Made by a program: the position numbers and the translations under genes
DNA from: the human T2T-CHM13v2.0 reference genome, Homo sapiens
Strand: one strand, 5' to 3'
Assembly (NCBI RefSeq): GCF_009914755.1
Contig: NC_060926.1
Length of the DNA: 64,000 nt
The notes under the pieces: model-generated
Seen by the model: the letters and a program-made list of their open reading frames with translations, nothing else
Database searches by the model: none
What the model was told of the DNA's origin: nothing
Shown here: piece by piece, positions 43,991-59,162 of the stretch
How positions within the stretch are numbered: position 1 is the stretch's first letter
Layout of the letters: each line of letters opens with the position of its first letter

Positions 43991-46904
43991 TAAAGAAAAC
44001 ACATACACACACCCACACAAACACACACACACACGCGCACACACACACGAAACCCCTTCTGTAAACAAATGAGGATGTGGTCAGTGCCCTTCAGCTCAAG
44101 CCACAGACCAGCATCTGAACAACCCTGGGCTCATTGCAACCAGGAAGGGAGCACACTGCGCAAGGCCCTGGGGTGTCTCAGGAGAGGGGTTCAGGAAGGA
44201 CCTGCTCACTTGGGCTGCATTAGGGGATTTGGAAGAGGTTTTAAGGATGCGGAGCTTTCCTCCTTGGATTGGATTCTATCGGAAAGCAGGACTAATTCTG
44301 TGAATTGTGGTCTTAAATCTTTTCCAGAAGGAGAGAGGAATGAAGTGAAGCTAGAGCTATTCTTGGTGAATAAACTGCAGTCCCTCATAGTAGCCAGGCC
44401 AGGGAGTGTTTGAAACAGCAGGAGGGACGCCTGAACTCTTAGGGGAAGAAAGCAGGAGATAGTGGGTGCGGTGACGGGAGGGAGTGGAGGATGGCCTTTC
44501 TGTAGGGAAGGAGGGGGCTGGCTTGGGAGGAGCAGAGAAGTTAGGACGATCCTTCTGTGACCCACACAGACAAAGAGCTCCCGGTCATGGCTTTTTGATA
44601 TAAAATCTCAGCCGCTGAGCTCGCTAGCATTTAGGACTCAGGAGCGCACACGGCTGCGGTTGCTTGTTTTTCCAGCCGTCTCTTCATTTCTTTGCTTGAT
44701 TCCCAAGCATGTGTCAGAGTTAATGGAGCGGTTCTATTATTAAACCACTTAGAAATTTAAAAGGCAATGTACTCAGGTTTGAATGGGACCATTAGTTATT
44801 GGGAAAACAACATTTGTAAGAGAATTCCTTATAAAGCTCAATGTTACCCCTTGGAACCACATCCCTGAAAAAAACAGGATCACCTCCAGAGCTTAGAAAC
44901 CGGCTACTCTGTGCATTTGGTAAAAAGCAAAGGCATCTCTATTTCCAGTGGAGTGCTTCACGAAACACTTCAAAATATAGATCTGAAACTCGCTTTCTGG
45001 TTTAGTGTCTACCGAGAAGGTGAGATTCAGTTTTCACTTTTGAAGAAGTGTGCAATGCTGCTGAAAGCCACAAGGGCTTCCTTTGGCAGAACCTACACCT
45101 GCTAAGATGCCAGGGCGCCATGCGCCGTTCTGTTCTTTACTGAGAGTCATCAAATGTATTTTAAACTATATTTTTGTTGATGGAGGCATGGTGGCTTTAG
45201 GATATGGTGAAGATGTGGAAGGGGCCGGGGTGGGGGACTGTCAGCTGGGCAGTCTGGAGAGAGTCCTAGGAGGTCTTGTGGCATTATCTGTGCCCCAGTT
45301 CTATTTCCTGCTGGCTAGCAGACACAGAGCAGCCTCGACCTTGGCATTAACCCATGTTTGCGTGGCTCAGCAATTTACAAGTCTCATCCATAGGCATTAC
45401 TTCACCCATTTCAGATCTCTCTCGGAAACAGGTGCAAATAGTTTCCTTCAAAGGGCACACATTGCTCACACAGTCAGAGTCAAGGCGAATTTGAATTGTA
45501 CCCACGAATTTGAATTGTACCCAGTTCCAAATTTGTCTGGCCTCTATGTGCCAAGTTAGACATATGTATGTGTGCATAAATGAGGTGTCTGGCACGGGAC
45601 CTAGAGGCAACTGGGAAGGGTGAAAAGCTAGATTTGGAGCTATGAAGACCTGAGTTCAGGTCTTGGCTTGGTCTCTTATTAGTTACTTGACGTTGGGCAA
45701 GTTATTTGCCCCTCTGAGGGTAAATTTACCTCTTCTACAAGATGGAGCTGGTTACAGTACCTTCTTCTCAGAGGGATTTCGAGGCACATATGAGACATGG
45801 AATGTGGAAGCATCTTATAAATGATGAAGCACCCTGCATTGGAGATCACCGGCAAACTCAGCGTGTCTCACGGAGGGTGTGATCAGAACGCTGGAAGACC
45901 TTGGAGTCCTATCGTGTGTGATGGTGAAAAAACCAGCATGGCTTAGCCCCAGAGACAAGTTCATCCCTCACTGCCAGTTTCTGGCAGGTCGACACGGTGT
46001 AGAGGAGCTATGACAAAGCGAGTGGGTCCCTGGGGGACTTCTGCTGAGTCACCTCTGAGTCTCAGTGCCCAGCCCGGTGCCCAGCACATGATGGGGAAGT
46101 AGAATCTAATCGAACAGTGACCACTAGGAACCACAGGTGCACTTCTTCTCTCCTTTGTTCCTCCCTCTTCCCTCTCCTCCTCCTGTTTATTTTTGTGTTA
46201 GTTCTCTCTGGCTGATGTTCAAATAGCTCTAATTATTGAGTTGTCATTTTGCATTTAATTGTTTGCCCATGAGTTGATTCACTTATTTAACACAATTTAT
46301 TCCAATGCACACACTTATTGTGCAAAATGAGAGCATTTAGCTGTGACATTGACAGGGGATCAGAGACCAGGAACAGAGTTCAAGAACGCTCTTCCTGAGC
46401 AAGTCAGCTGAACACTACTCCCGCCCCAAAGCCTCCTTAGTCAGGTAACACTGCCCCCACCCCAAAGCTTCCCTATCCGTGAAACTGGGAAGAAGACAAC
46501 TCTGTCCTCAGTATTGTGGAGCAGATCACATATGTGTGAACACTCTGTATTAACTGAGAAGATATGAGGTCTTTTTCGCAGAACAGATGCTTCCCAGAGA
46601 AAACCAGACAGTTGCCATCCAGAAAGAGGGGTGATGACGGTCAGCGAATTTATAAGGTAGAGTCTTCAGACCAGGGAAAAATCACTTTCAGGGATTCTGG
46701 AAGCTCCTGGGGAGCACTCATGGGGTCATCAATTCTTGCTGAGGAAGTTAAATCAATCAGCAGTAGTTCCCAGTTCTCTGCAAATGCTATAATGTCCTTG
46801 GGGGATATTAAAGCTACTTTTTCTCTAAAAGAATGAGGAATGGGGAAAGGAGTTCATAAAAGCTTGTTCCATTCAATGCTGAGCTATTTGGTGTTTGAAA
46901 AAAA

Positions 46905-47582
<678 letters not shown>

Positions 47583-49737
47583 AATTTCAAGTGTGGAGTC
47601 TGCAGAGGTGGAAGGGGCTAGGGTTTAGGAGTCAGACCGACCCAGGTTCTAACCCTTCCCTGCTGCCCATAGCTGAGAGACTTGGAGCAAGTTTTTAACC
47701 TCTCTGAGCCTGTTTCCTCTTCTGTAATGGTGATAACAAGGTCATGCCTCCCAGGCTCTGTGTAAGAATTACACCAGGTAACGACTATGAAGCACCAGGA
47801 ACTCCACCTAACATGTTGCAGCACTCAAGATGAGTTAATGCCTTCCTTTCCCGGCCTCTCCTGAGATGCCACCTCTTGGCATTTTGCCTTTTACAGGCTG
47901 GGGAGGTGAAGCTGCCTTTAGGATCTGCTTCTGCTCCTTCATTCTGGAATTCTGTCATATGGAGACTATAGGATAGTTCCTAGTAGGGCACCTGGGCTCC
48001 ATCCTTGGCCCCAGTGAGGATAATAATCCCTAACTTTCACAGTTATGAAGATTAACGAAGATACCACATGGGGAAATCCTCAGTTCACTTGTTGGCATGC
48101 AGTAGATAATCAACATTCTTGCCCTGTGGCCCCGATGAGCCCTGAGTTGGGAGGATGTCAGTAGGCAAAGATTTATAGAGCATCTGCCACATGCTGGATG
48201 CCAGGGGTATAAGAGAGGAAGAGATAAGCACAGTCTCTGCTCCTGTGGAACCAAGAGTGCTCGGGAAGAAGGGAGACATTAAACAGATTGTTATGAAGAA
48301 TGATAAGAGCAGGGCTGTGTTTTGGAAAACCTGTGTGCAGAATCAGAAAATGTTGTCTACAGGGGCTGTCAGCCACCATTGTGTTCACCAGAGCGGGGAG
48401 GGGTTTTTCCCAGGCTCACACAGCGAGGCAGTGGCAGAGGGGTTGACCATACCCTTCAATATGCCCTTGATCCAGCAAAAGGGTCGCTTGAGGAAATAGA
48501 AAACTGACAAAATAGGGCAACTGGGTGTGTGGCTGGGCAGAGGGGTACCTATTGTGGGGGCTCAGGAATACTAGCTCTGGCCTACTGTTCCCTCAGCCAT
48601 CCCTGCAAGGCTGTGGCACAGGCCAGGCCCAGCTAAGGGCCTGCCTCTGGCACTGGGCCTGCTGTGTGCCTGGAAAGCTCTGAAAGGAGCGAGCTGGGGA
48701 CTCAGCATTCCCATCTACCACCTCCAATCAGCCACAGAGAGACGATGCTGCTCCCCCTGGCCCTGGCTCAGGGCTTTAATGCTCGATCTCATTTAGTTTA
48801 TCCCCCAAACCAAAGCCCGTGAGGGATCCTTGATCCCTGTCTCTGGGCTGGAATGTGCCCAGCAGCACAAAGCTGGCAGATGCCTGAGCCAAGGTCCAAA
48901 CCACTCCTGTGGGTTTCCAGGCCCTGGTTCAGCCCACCCCATGCCACGGCCTAGGGGCCTGCGGGACACAGGAAGCTCGGGGCTCAGGCCCACCTGACTG
49001 GGGCCTCTGAGGCTCTTGTTGCTGCATAGAAGCCATCCCCCAGAGGGGCCATCCTCGGGCTCGCCAGCTCATTCCTTCTGGGAGAGGTGCCCTGAGAGAG
49101 GGGTGCTGAATTCCTGCCCTAAGTGCCTGGCGCCTCATCACATGCCAGCTCAGCTTCCAGCTATGCATCTCCTCTAGACCATCTCCTGTTTTGGTGTCCT
49201 CCGGGCAGCCACTCAGGTCTCCGTGAGTCACGGAGCCACTTCTTAACCCCTGGTCCTGCTCGCAGTGGGAAACAGAATTCCACTTGTCACAAACACGCTC
49301 ACAGGAATTGAGGAGCCTCTTCTGTGGATACTATCTAGGCACAGTGATCGAACGTGCTTTGGACCGGGGCTTGGGAGATGCAACTTCTGGCCTTAGCTTT
49401 GCCAGAGACTTGCTGGGAGACAAGGGCATGCATTTGCCCTTCTCAGGGGTGTTAAGAGCTCTGTAGTCTGCAGAATGCATGGGTGGGCTGGGTGATATGA
49501 GACAGCCAGATTGGGTGTAAGTGTCATCCAGATTTGGAAGAAGGCAGGTTTGGGGTGGAATCTTATTTATGCCACTTACAAGTTGCGTGACTTGAGATGA
49601 TCACTCGACCTCTTTAAGGCTCGATTTCCTCATCTATCAATCAAAGATGATAATCCCTATGCCATGGAGGATTTCATACGAAAATGCATGTAACAGTGAA
49701 TGTTCAGTTAAAGATCACCGCTCTTTCACTCTCCTGC

Positions 49738-50195
49738 TGCTGGTGAGTTAAATGGTGTTCCTCCAAAAGATATGTTGAAATCCTAACCCCCTGTACCTGT
49801 GAATGTGACCTTATTTGGAAATAGAATCTTTGCAGGTAGAACAAAATTGAGATGGGGTCATACTGAATTCGGTGGGCCCTAATTCAATGATCGGTGTCCT
49901 CTTAAGAACAGAGAGATTTTGAGACACACAGGCAGATCCCCATGTGAAGACAGAGGTGGAGACTGGAGTGAGGAGTGGTTGCAGCTACAAGCTAAGAAAC
50001 ACTAAGCATTGATGGCCAGCAGTGGAAACTAGGAAAAGGCAAGAAGGGCTCTATTCTGAGTGTTGGGGGACATGGACCTGCGAACAGCTTCATTTCAGAC
50101 GTCTGGGCCCCAGGACTGTGAGAGAATACATTGCTGTTGTTTTAAACCACTCAGTTTGTGGTGATTTGTTGTGGCAGCCTTAGGCAACTAATACA
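49738..50195 (+). mobile_element. MaLR LTR (MLT1C-like)
   Basis: CCAAAAGATATGTTGAAATCCTAACCCC...GGCAGCCTTAGGCAACTAATACA. Confidence 0.88.
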
Positions 50196-51656
50196 CTGTC
50201 CTTAGTCTCATTCCAAATAGGAAATTTTAGAATTTTATCCATTTAATTGCTCAGTTGTAAAAGAAATATGGAGTTGTGGGGGAGATACTCAATGAATATG
50301 TGTTGGCTCATAAATGAGGTAAGGTGGGGGTAGCACAAGAGAAATGTGATAGAAAAAATGTGGAAGTCCTGTTTCTGCATTCCTCAAGAGAGAATTTTAG
50401 AGGTCAGAACTGAAAGGTCTCTACCCCTGCCTTCCTCTCTCTGGCCCATTTTAATGACAAGGAATATATTGGCTTAGGCAATGGATGGACAGTGACTGAT
50501 GCTATCAACGTCTGCGCTAATCCAACATATAACACCCTAGAAGACATCCACTTTAAACCCTTGAAACCTGTCAATGTCACCTTATATGGCAAAAGATGTG
50601 GTGAAGGATATTGAGAGGAACCAAGGTGGAGGCAGCCTGTTTCTCTGGGTTTCTCTGCTTACCAGGCAGCAAATGCTTTCAACCATTTCTATCTTTGTGT
50701 CTAGAGTGTGTCTTCTGCAGGCAGCATGTAGTTGGATCCTGTTTTTAAAATCCAGTTTGACAATTTCTACATTTTGATTGGATTGTTTAATCCATTAACA
50801 CATAATATTACTATTGATATAGTTAGTTTTACATCTATTATTTTACTTAAAAAAATTTTTTTTTACAAATTTTCCTAGGAGCTGGAATTACTTTTTGTTG
50901 TCTATATGTCTTATGTCTTTTTCTATCTTCTATCCCTCCTTTACTTCTTTCTTTTACATTAAGCGAATATGTTCCAATGCAACATTTTAATTACTTTAAT
51001 AATATTCCCTCTAATTTTTGGAGGGTTTTTCTCCGGGGCTATTCTAGGGCTCACCATATACATCTTCATGTATCAGAATCTGCTTTAGACTTACACTGAC
51101 TTAATTCCAGTGAGATTTAATTAAGTTCCAGTAAACTTAGTCCTGTATAGTTCTATTCTCTTTCCCACCTTTTTGTGGTATTATTGTCAGACATATTACA
51201 TTTATATGTTATAAACCCAGGAATACATTGTTATATTATTACTTTATGTAATTTTATGTCTTTTAAAGAAGCCAAGGAAAGAAAGGAGGGCAAGTATATA
51301 TTTATAGCTTATGTTATACTAACCTCCATATTTCCTATTTCTGGCTCTCTCCATTTGTTCCTGTAAATTGAGTTACCATAGGGAGTTATTGCCTTAGCTC
51401 AATACAGCTGTTTTCCCACCCACTTCCTTTGTGCTGTTATTTATGAATATGTTCCATTTCTACATGGTTAGGCTCAACAGTACAAGTAAGTACATATTGT
51501 TTTATATAATTGCTTTTTAAATCAGTTAAGAAAGGAAAAGAAATATGTCTTTATAATGTCTTTTATAATTATATAATTATCTATACTCATGGTCTTTGTT
51601 TATCATGTGGATTTGAACTATGGTATTGACTTACCTACTTTCAGTCATAAGAATTT

Positions 51657-51962
<306 letters not shown>

Positions 51963-53211
51963 CAGTCATAAGAATTTATATTGGCATTTCTTCTAAGACA
52001 TGTCTGCTAGCAATGGATTCTCTGTTCTTGTTGATCTGAGAATGTCTTTATTTTTGAAAGACAGCTTTAATGAACACAGGATTCTTTGCTGACAGCTGTT
52101 TTCTTTCAGTACTTTGAATGTTGTCCACTGTGTTCTGGCCTCCATTGTTTCTGATGAGAAGTCAGCTGTTGATCATGTTGTGACTTCCTTTGATGCGTCT
52201 GTTTGTGGATGTCTTTGTGTTCATCCTATGTGGAATTTGTTGAACTTCTTGGATGTGTAGATTAATGTTTTTCATAAAATTTAGGAAGTTTTCAGCTATT
52301 ATGTCTTTGAATAATTTTTCTGCTTTTTTCTTTTTCTTTTCTCCTTCTGGGACTCTCATTATGCATATGTTGATGCATTTAATGGTGTTCCACATTTTCC
52401 TGAGATTCTGTTCATTTTTCTTCATTCTTTCTTTTTCTCTTTTCTTCAAATTGCATAATCTCTATTGATCCATCTTCAAGTTTGGTAATTCTTTCTTTTG
52501 CCAGTTCAAATAAATCTTTTGAGCCCATCTAGTGAAAATGTCATTCCAGTTATTACTTTTCAACTCCAGGATTTCCATTTGGTTCTTTTTAAGAATTTCC
52601 ATCTCTTTAGTCTATATCAATAGTCTCTGTTTAGTTCAACATTGTCATCACACCTTCCTTTACCCTACTTTAATCATGGTTTACTTTACTATAATCATGA
52701 TTTCCTTTAGTTATTTGAATATATTTATAATAACTACTTTGAAGTCTTTGTCAAATTTGATAGCTGGTTGCTCTCAGTTTGTGTTTCCTGCTTTTCCACT
52801 CATATATGGGTCAGATTTTCCTGTTTCTTTACATGTCATAATTTTTTGTTGGAAATGGGACATTGTAAATAATACAGCAACTGTAGAGATGGGTTCTCTT
52901 CTCCTCTGGGGCTTGTTAGTAATACTTGATTGTTTATTTGTTTAGTGACTGGCTGTGAAGTCCACCCTCCAGTCCCCACAAGTTAAAGCCTCTGATGTTG
53001 CTCCTCAGAGGCACAGCCTTGGGCATATGCACAGTTACCCTGGGTTAGCAGCAGATTTGACAGGGCTCTCTTTGATTGTCTTTTTCCCTGACCACAGCCA
53101 TATGTTGTTAAACTCCACAAATTGCTGGCTGATTTCCCTGTTGTTTTCAACAATGCCCTAGGTTGCTCTATTGACTGATTCAATTAAATTTGGGCTTCTC
53201 TAAGGAATAGC

Positions 53212-54653
53212 TTTTTGTTGTTGTTGTTTCATTCATTAAATCATTTAGAAAATCTTTATTGACTACCAGCTCTGTGCCAGCCCCGTGGGAGGCACCAGGG
53301 ATATGAGTGTTAACATGACAGCCCCAGTGCCTGCTGTTGGGCTGAACTGCCTCTGACCAGCACTGCAGACTCAGACGTATCACTGATGTGGAGACATGCT
53401 TGTGTGATATTTAAAACCTGCTGGGTAGCATTTTGGCAGAAAATGCCATTGGTACTTTCCAGATACAGACTGTGAGAGCCATTTCAGGGACCAGTTTTTT
53501 TTTTCTCCCTTCTTTCCCCCAACCAACAACCTCAACTTCTCTGGTGTGAGGGGCGGGTGCATAAAATTAGCCAGGCCAGCAAGAAAAGTGGTCATCCTGA
53601 GGCTGGCAGAAGCAGCTGAAGCTGCCCCTTCTGTGGCTTCACCCCCATCCTCCAGCTCACTGGCTCCCCGTGCCCTGTAGAGAAATCCATCCTTGAGAGG
53701 ATTAGGGGCTGTGCCAAGAGCTTCACCCCACCCACCCACCCACCCACCCATCATAGTCCATTTTAGAGTGACAGCAAGGCCTTCACTGGGTAAGAGCCGT
53801 CTGACTCGTCTGCCTTCTGAGTGCCTCCATTTGGTGAGATGATAAAGTCACTGATGAGAAAAGGTGGGGCCAGGAACAGAGGCAACTGTGGCTTCCCAAG
53901 AGAAGTTTCTCAGGGGATTTCTCAAGCAGAATAAATTAGAGCTTCTTAGAATGACTCGATCCTGGCTGTGCATCAGGCAAACGTTCTCTTCATGGCTCAT
54001 TTCCGGTTCTCCTGGCCTGACAGGTGTTTCCAGATTATAGGTGAAAAGCAGTCACTTGGTCCCATACCGCATGAGGCCCACAGTTATCTTTGACAGCTGA
54101 TAAGAAGTGATGATGATAAAGTCAATTCTGTTTCCTTAGATGTCTCCTCTCACAAACAAACAAGCAACCTTCACACTCCTTCCTGTGCCCTCCTGGCACC
54201 AGCACAAGCTACGTTCCAGCACAGAGCTCACTCCAAGGATAGGCAGTGCCAGCTCTTGAGCGTGGTGTGGCCTCTGCTGTCCTTAACTCTGTTGCACTTC
54301 AGCAGCACTTCCATCTCCCTGACATTGTAGACCAGGAACTTCTGTAAGCCACTAGGCCCCAGGTGCTTTGTGTTTTTGTTGCTCCCATAACCAATGTTGG
54401 GCATCAAGATCTGGCCCTTGCACCTTCTACAAACCCTGTTATCAATACCTCTGGGTTTCCACCTGTTATGCTTCATTTTGACATACGTCTGACTGGTGCT
54501 GGATGAACTTCTTGGTCCTCTTTTTTATGATCTTGAGTTTCACAAGGGGTCTGAGGGTGGCCATGATGCCGAGTAAGAGATGGCTGCCACCACTCTAGGT
54601 AGCACCTAGAAAGAGGGGGATGGTGGCACACAAAGACTGATAGGGTGTAACCT
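53212..54653 (-). pseudogene. RPL32: Processed pseudogene of an RPL32-family transcript: 5' UTR, codons 1-92, then a non-RPL32 3' segment
   Basis: The minus strand reads the RPL32 5' UTR (...GGTGGCAGCCATCTCTTACTCGGCATC) and ATG at 54564 ([26 protein letters not shown]). After a 2-nt deletion it continues [45 protein letters not shown] to 54290, with no introns. AATAAA lies at 53255-53260 (minus), the A-rich tail at 53212-53229, and the TSD CTCTRAGGRATAGCTTTT at 53198 and 54654. Confidence 0.93.
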
Positions 54654-54671
54654 CTCTGAGGGATAGCTTTT

Positions 54672-54976
54672 TGTTGTTGTTTGTGTTTTCTTTGAGACGG
54701 AGTCTTGCTCTGTCATCCAGGCTGGAGTGCAGTGGCGCGATCTCGGCTCACTATAGCTTCTGCCTCTTGGGTTCCAGTGAATTCTCCTGCTTCAGCCTCC
54801 CGAGTAGCTGGGATTACAGGCATAAGCCACCATGCCTGGCTAATTTTTGTATTTTTGGTAGAGACGGGATTTTACTATGTTGGCCCAGCTAGTCTCAAAC
54901 TCCTGACCTCAGATGATCTGCCCACCTCGTCCTCCCAAAGTGCTAGGATTACAGGCATGAGCCACCACACCCGGCC
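54672..54976 (-). mobile_element. Alu (AluS) inserted at the retrocopy's target site
   Basis: Dimer with TSD TCTGAGGGATAGYTTTT at 54655 and 54977. Confidence 0.95.
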
Positions 54977-55752
54977 TCTGAGGGATAGTTTTTAAGGTCA
55001 GTGTTTCAGATTTGTTCTTACTCTAGGAGAGATCTTTTTATCTGCTTCTTTTCCTGGTTCTTGCTGGAAAACTAGCCAACCTATGGCTTAGCTTATATCT
55101 TTAATGAATCTACTAGTCTTCTCCTAATTGCTTTTCACCACAGCCTCCATTGTGTTTGGCATTGCCTCAGCTTGGAGGAAGCCTCCTCCTTTCAGCTGTA
55201 CTGGCCCAGAGCTTTGCCTCTGCCGCAAGGGATTGGGGGCAGAATGAGAAATGCTGACATCTTGTTCCTTCCAGGCAAGCAGGAAGACACCATAGCTCTC
55301 CAACCAAGAGCTGTGTGTTGCGGGTGGGTGAGCCAGACAGAGCTCTGTGTTCTTGGCTGCACCTGTCTGGAGTGGAATTTCAGTCACTCTGAGGTGGAAC
55401 TAGGGGAGGAGAGAGTAAGTCGTGGTTCAAATACCACAAATTTTCACTCTTCTTACTGAGTTCTTGCAGATTTTCTTGAGTAAATGTTTCATTTGCTCTA
55501 TGCCCTTGGGACTATTACCAGAGAATTTAAATTGTTGGTTTTTTAAAAAAATAATGTTCACCAGTTTCACTGGGGAGCAGGTCCAGGAGCTACTCATGTC
55601 ACCATACTGGAAGTCGAAACTTAACAGAAATTTTTATACAAACTTCAATTGTTTCTGAATTGCTCTGCTACAGAACGTAAGGCTATTATGTCTATGCTAA
55701 TGGCTTAAGTATTCTTAGATATAGGTGTCTCAACTGAAACTTTCTGTTAATT

Positions 55753-56351
<599 letters not shown>

Positions 56352-56820
56352 TTTCTGTTAATTTAAAGACAAGTGTTAGGAAACTAACTCTGGGATCAGA
56401 CAAACTTTGGTTTATAATTCAGTTCAGCTAAAGCAAACCACTTCATCTCTCCGATCTTCAGATTCTTCATCTATAAAATGGAAATAACACCTACTTCCTC
56501 TTTGTAATAAAAACTCAAGAATTTATTTGGCTTATGTGGTTGCCCAACTAGAGGCAATTTTCCCCAGCTACGCTTATAGCTCGTATAGTCATAAGACTAA
56601 GAATTAGCTAATAGAGTGTGACAGAAGCAATCTCTGCAACTTCCAGATCACCGTTTGTTTTTTAAATTAGGAAATTACATGCCTTCCTCCTTTTTCTCTC
56701 TCTTTCCTGTGGGTTGAAATGTAGAGGTGATAAAATGAGTGAGTTTTTGTTGTGGAATGAAGATAACACCATAGGGTATTACAAAGCAATAAGACAGGAG
56801 GAACTTGAATGTTGGAAGCA

Positions 56821-57150
<330 letters not shown>

Positions 57151-59162
57151 TGAGTGCTGGAAAAGTTCTGTACTTTGACTTGGGTGGTGGTTACACAGGT
57201 GTATACACACATAAAAATTGATTGAGCTATTCTTTTAAGATTTATGTGCCTATTGCATGTAAGTTATACCTCAGCAAGAAAAAAAAGATAGAAGGAAGCT
57301 GATTCCTGGAATGCCCTTGTGGAGTGGAAGTCACCTTGGGACTGTTACAAAAGAGAAAAACAAACTCTTATAGGGTTTGGGTCATTGTCTGTAGGGGCGT
57401 TTTTTGTTCTAGCCATTTAATGTGTACCTTAATCAATATATTTATTAAGGGTAGGAATTTTTAATTTTAATTTTGACTCCATTACCCCATTACAGAGCTT
57501 GGTGAATAGAAGGTACCCAATATCTGTTTAATGAATGCATGTTTTTTGTAGATGGCTTTTATCAGCATGTTAGAACATCCAGTATAAATAAATTTAGAAA
57601 ACAGAAAAAATTACGACATGTAAAGGGAGGGACCTTCTTCCCCGACTTCCCAACCCACCTGACTTCTGAGTACTTCCTTTCAGTGGGATCTGGCGCAGCA
57701 GTTTTCAACTTGCTTAAACAAATGACAAGAACGTTCTGAGACAGGAAATGCTATCTGCTCGGCTGATGGTGCCAGCGTGGGGGTGAATGTTAAATGGAGT
57801 GCTTGGGGGAGACCCCTGATGCTCATGTCCCCACGACTCAGAATCAGACGCAGAATCACAGTGCTCTAGGTGCTGTTAGACTCTAGGAACTGGGGGGAAC
57901 GATCCCATCGCCAACCCTGCAGCAAGGCAGTGTGTTGTAAGAGGGGATGCTGCCGGGAGTGCTCCTGAGTCATTAAGGGAAGGCTGTGAACAGGAGGAGG
58001 AAGGGCTGACAACACAGCCCACACCCTGCTGAGCCTCCAAGGGGATGGCTCCCTCGTGCAGTCAGCAAACATTCACTCTGGGAGGACTGGGGGCTCGGCT
58101 GCAGAGAGGAGCGGCACACCCACCGCCTCTGTCCTCAAGGAGCTCCCGGTCCAGCTGCCCCCGGACAAATCCTATGTTACCAACAGTATAACAACGCAAT
58201 TTTATTTACACCGACTAGATGTCCAGCACCTATCAGTAATACGCTATTTTATTTTCACAAACATCTGGCTCATAGATAATGTTTATCGATGAGAAAACAG
58301 AAATTTGAAGAGGCAAAGCAAGTTGCCCAAGGCCAAGGGAGAAGGTCAGCGTGAACTGCTACCGCCATGTTGAAGTTCATCTTCTCTTCACTGCGAGAAG
58401 CTGCCTGGACACCAGGGTGGAGGAGCTGTCAGGGCCCTCACTGTGGAAGGTGCTGGCAGAGGGTGGGGAGGTGTGGCCTGAGAGGGGCGTCCATAGTCCC
58501 TGAACTTGGCCTTCATGAATGAGTGGCAATCCAGTCAGCAGACAAAAGGTGGAATTGGGGTGAGAGTAGGGGGTCATTCTAGACAGCAGGAACAATGTGT
58601 GAGAAGGCCCAGAGCAGAGAAGGCAAGGCATGTGGCAGCTTGGTGTCACGGAAGCCTGGGGTGGGCAAGGGGCTGGGGAGGCCTGGGAGATGAGGCCAGG
58701 GAGGCGAGCAAATGTCTGGTGGGGCCTCCCTTTGGGGCGAACCCCTACACTGGTCCAGAGGCAGAGGGTCGGTTGTCTGTCAATAGGATGAAATTCCTGT
58801 TAGTCGGGGTGCCCACTCATTCACTGAGCACGAGCAGGGGTCTCTGCGGGGCCTGGTGTTGGCCTGTGGCTTGGTGGGACACCCTCTCTGGAGGGGCACC
58901 CAGACTCTGTGGTCCCTGCCTGGCCTCTCCTTCTATGTCACCTTCCTGGGGTACCACAGATGCATGCCAAAGACCCCCACTTCTCAAAGTACGTTTCATG
59001 GCACACTGAGTTTTTTTGAGGAAAAAGGTTTGTGGTAAAATAAATGGAGACAAGGGGGTGATTGCCTCCTCCTTCTTGGAACTTCTTGCAGGTTAGCTTG
59101 TTCAAGTCTCTGAAAAGTAAAATGGTTACGGACGTTGTGTGTGTGAGTGTCCCAGTGTCCCA

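Noticed and set aside
52162-52449. L1 ORF1p-like ORF as an active or domesticated gene
   Set aside because: It is a short, degenerate remnant within a fragmented old L1.
53230-54289. SNORA7 or another snoRNA carried in the retrocopy
   Set aside because: I see no match to the SNORA7 sequence as I recall it, and introns appear to be spliced out.
54228-54476. 82-aa RPL32-like ORF as a functional gene
   Set aside because: The true start is at 54564 and is followed by a frameshift and an early stop. There are many substitutions at conserved residues, and the C-terminal third of RPL32 is missing.
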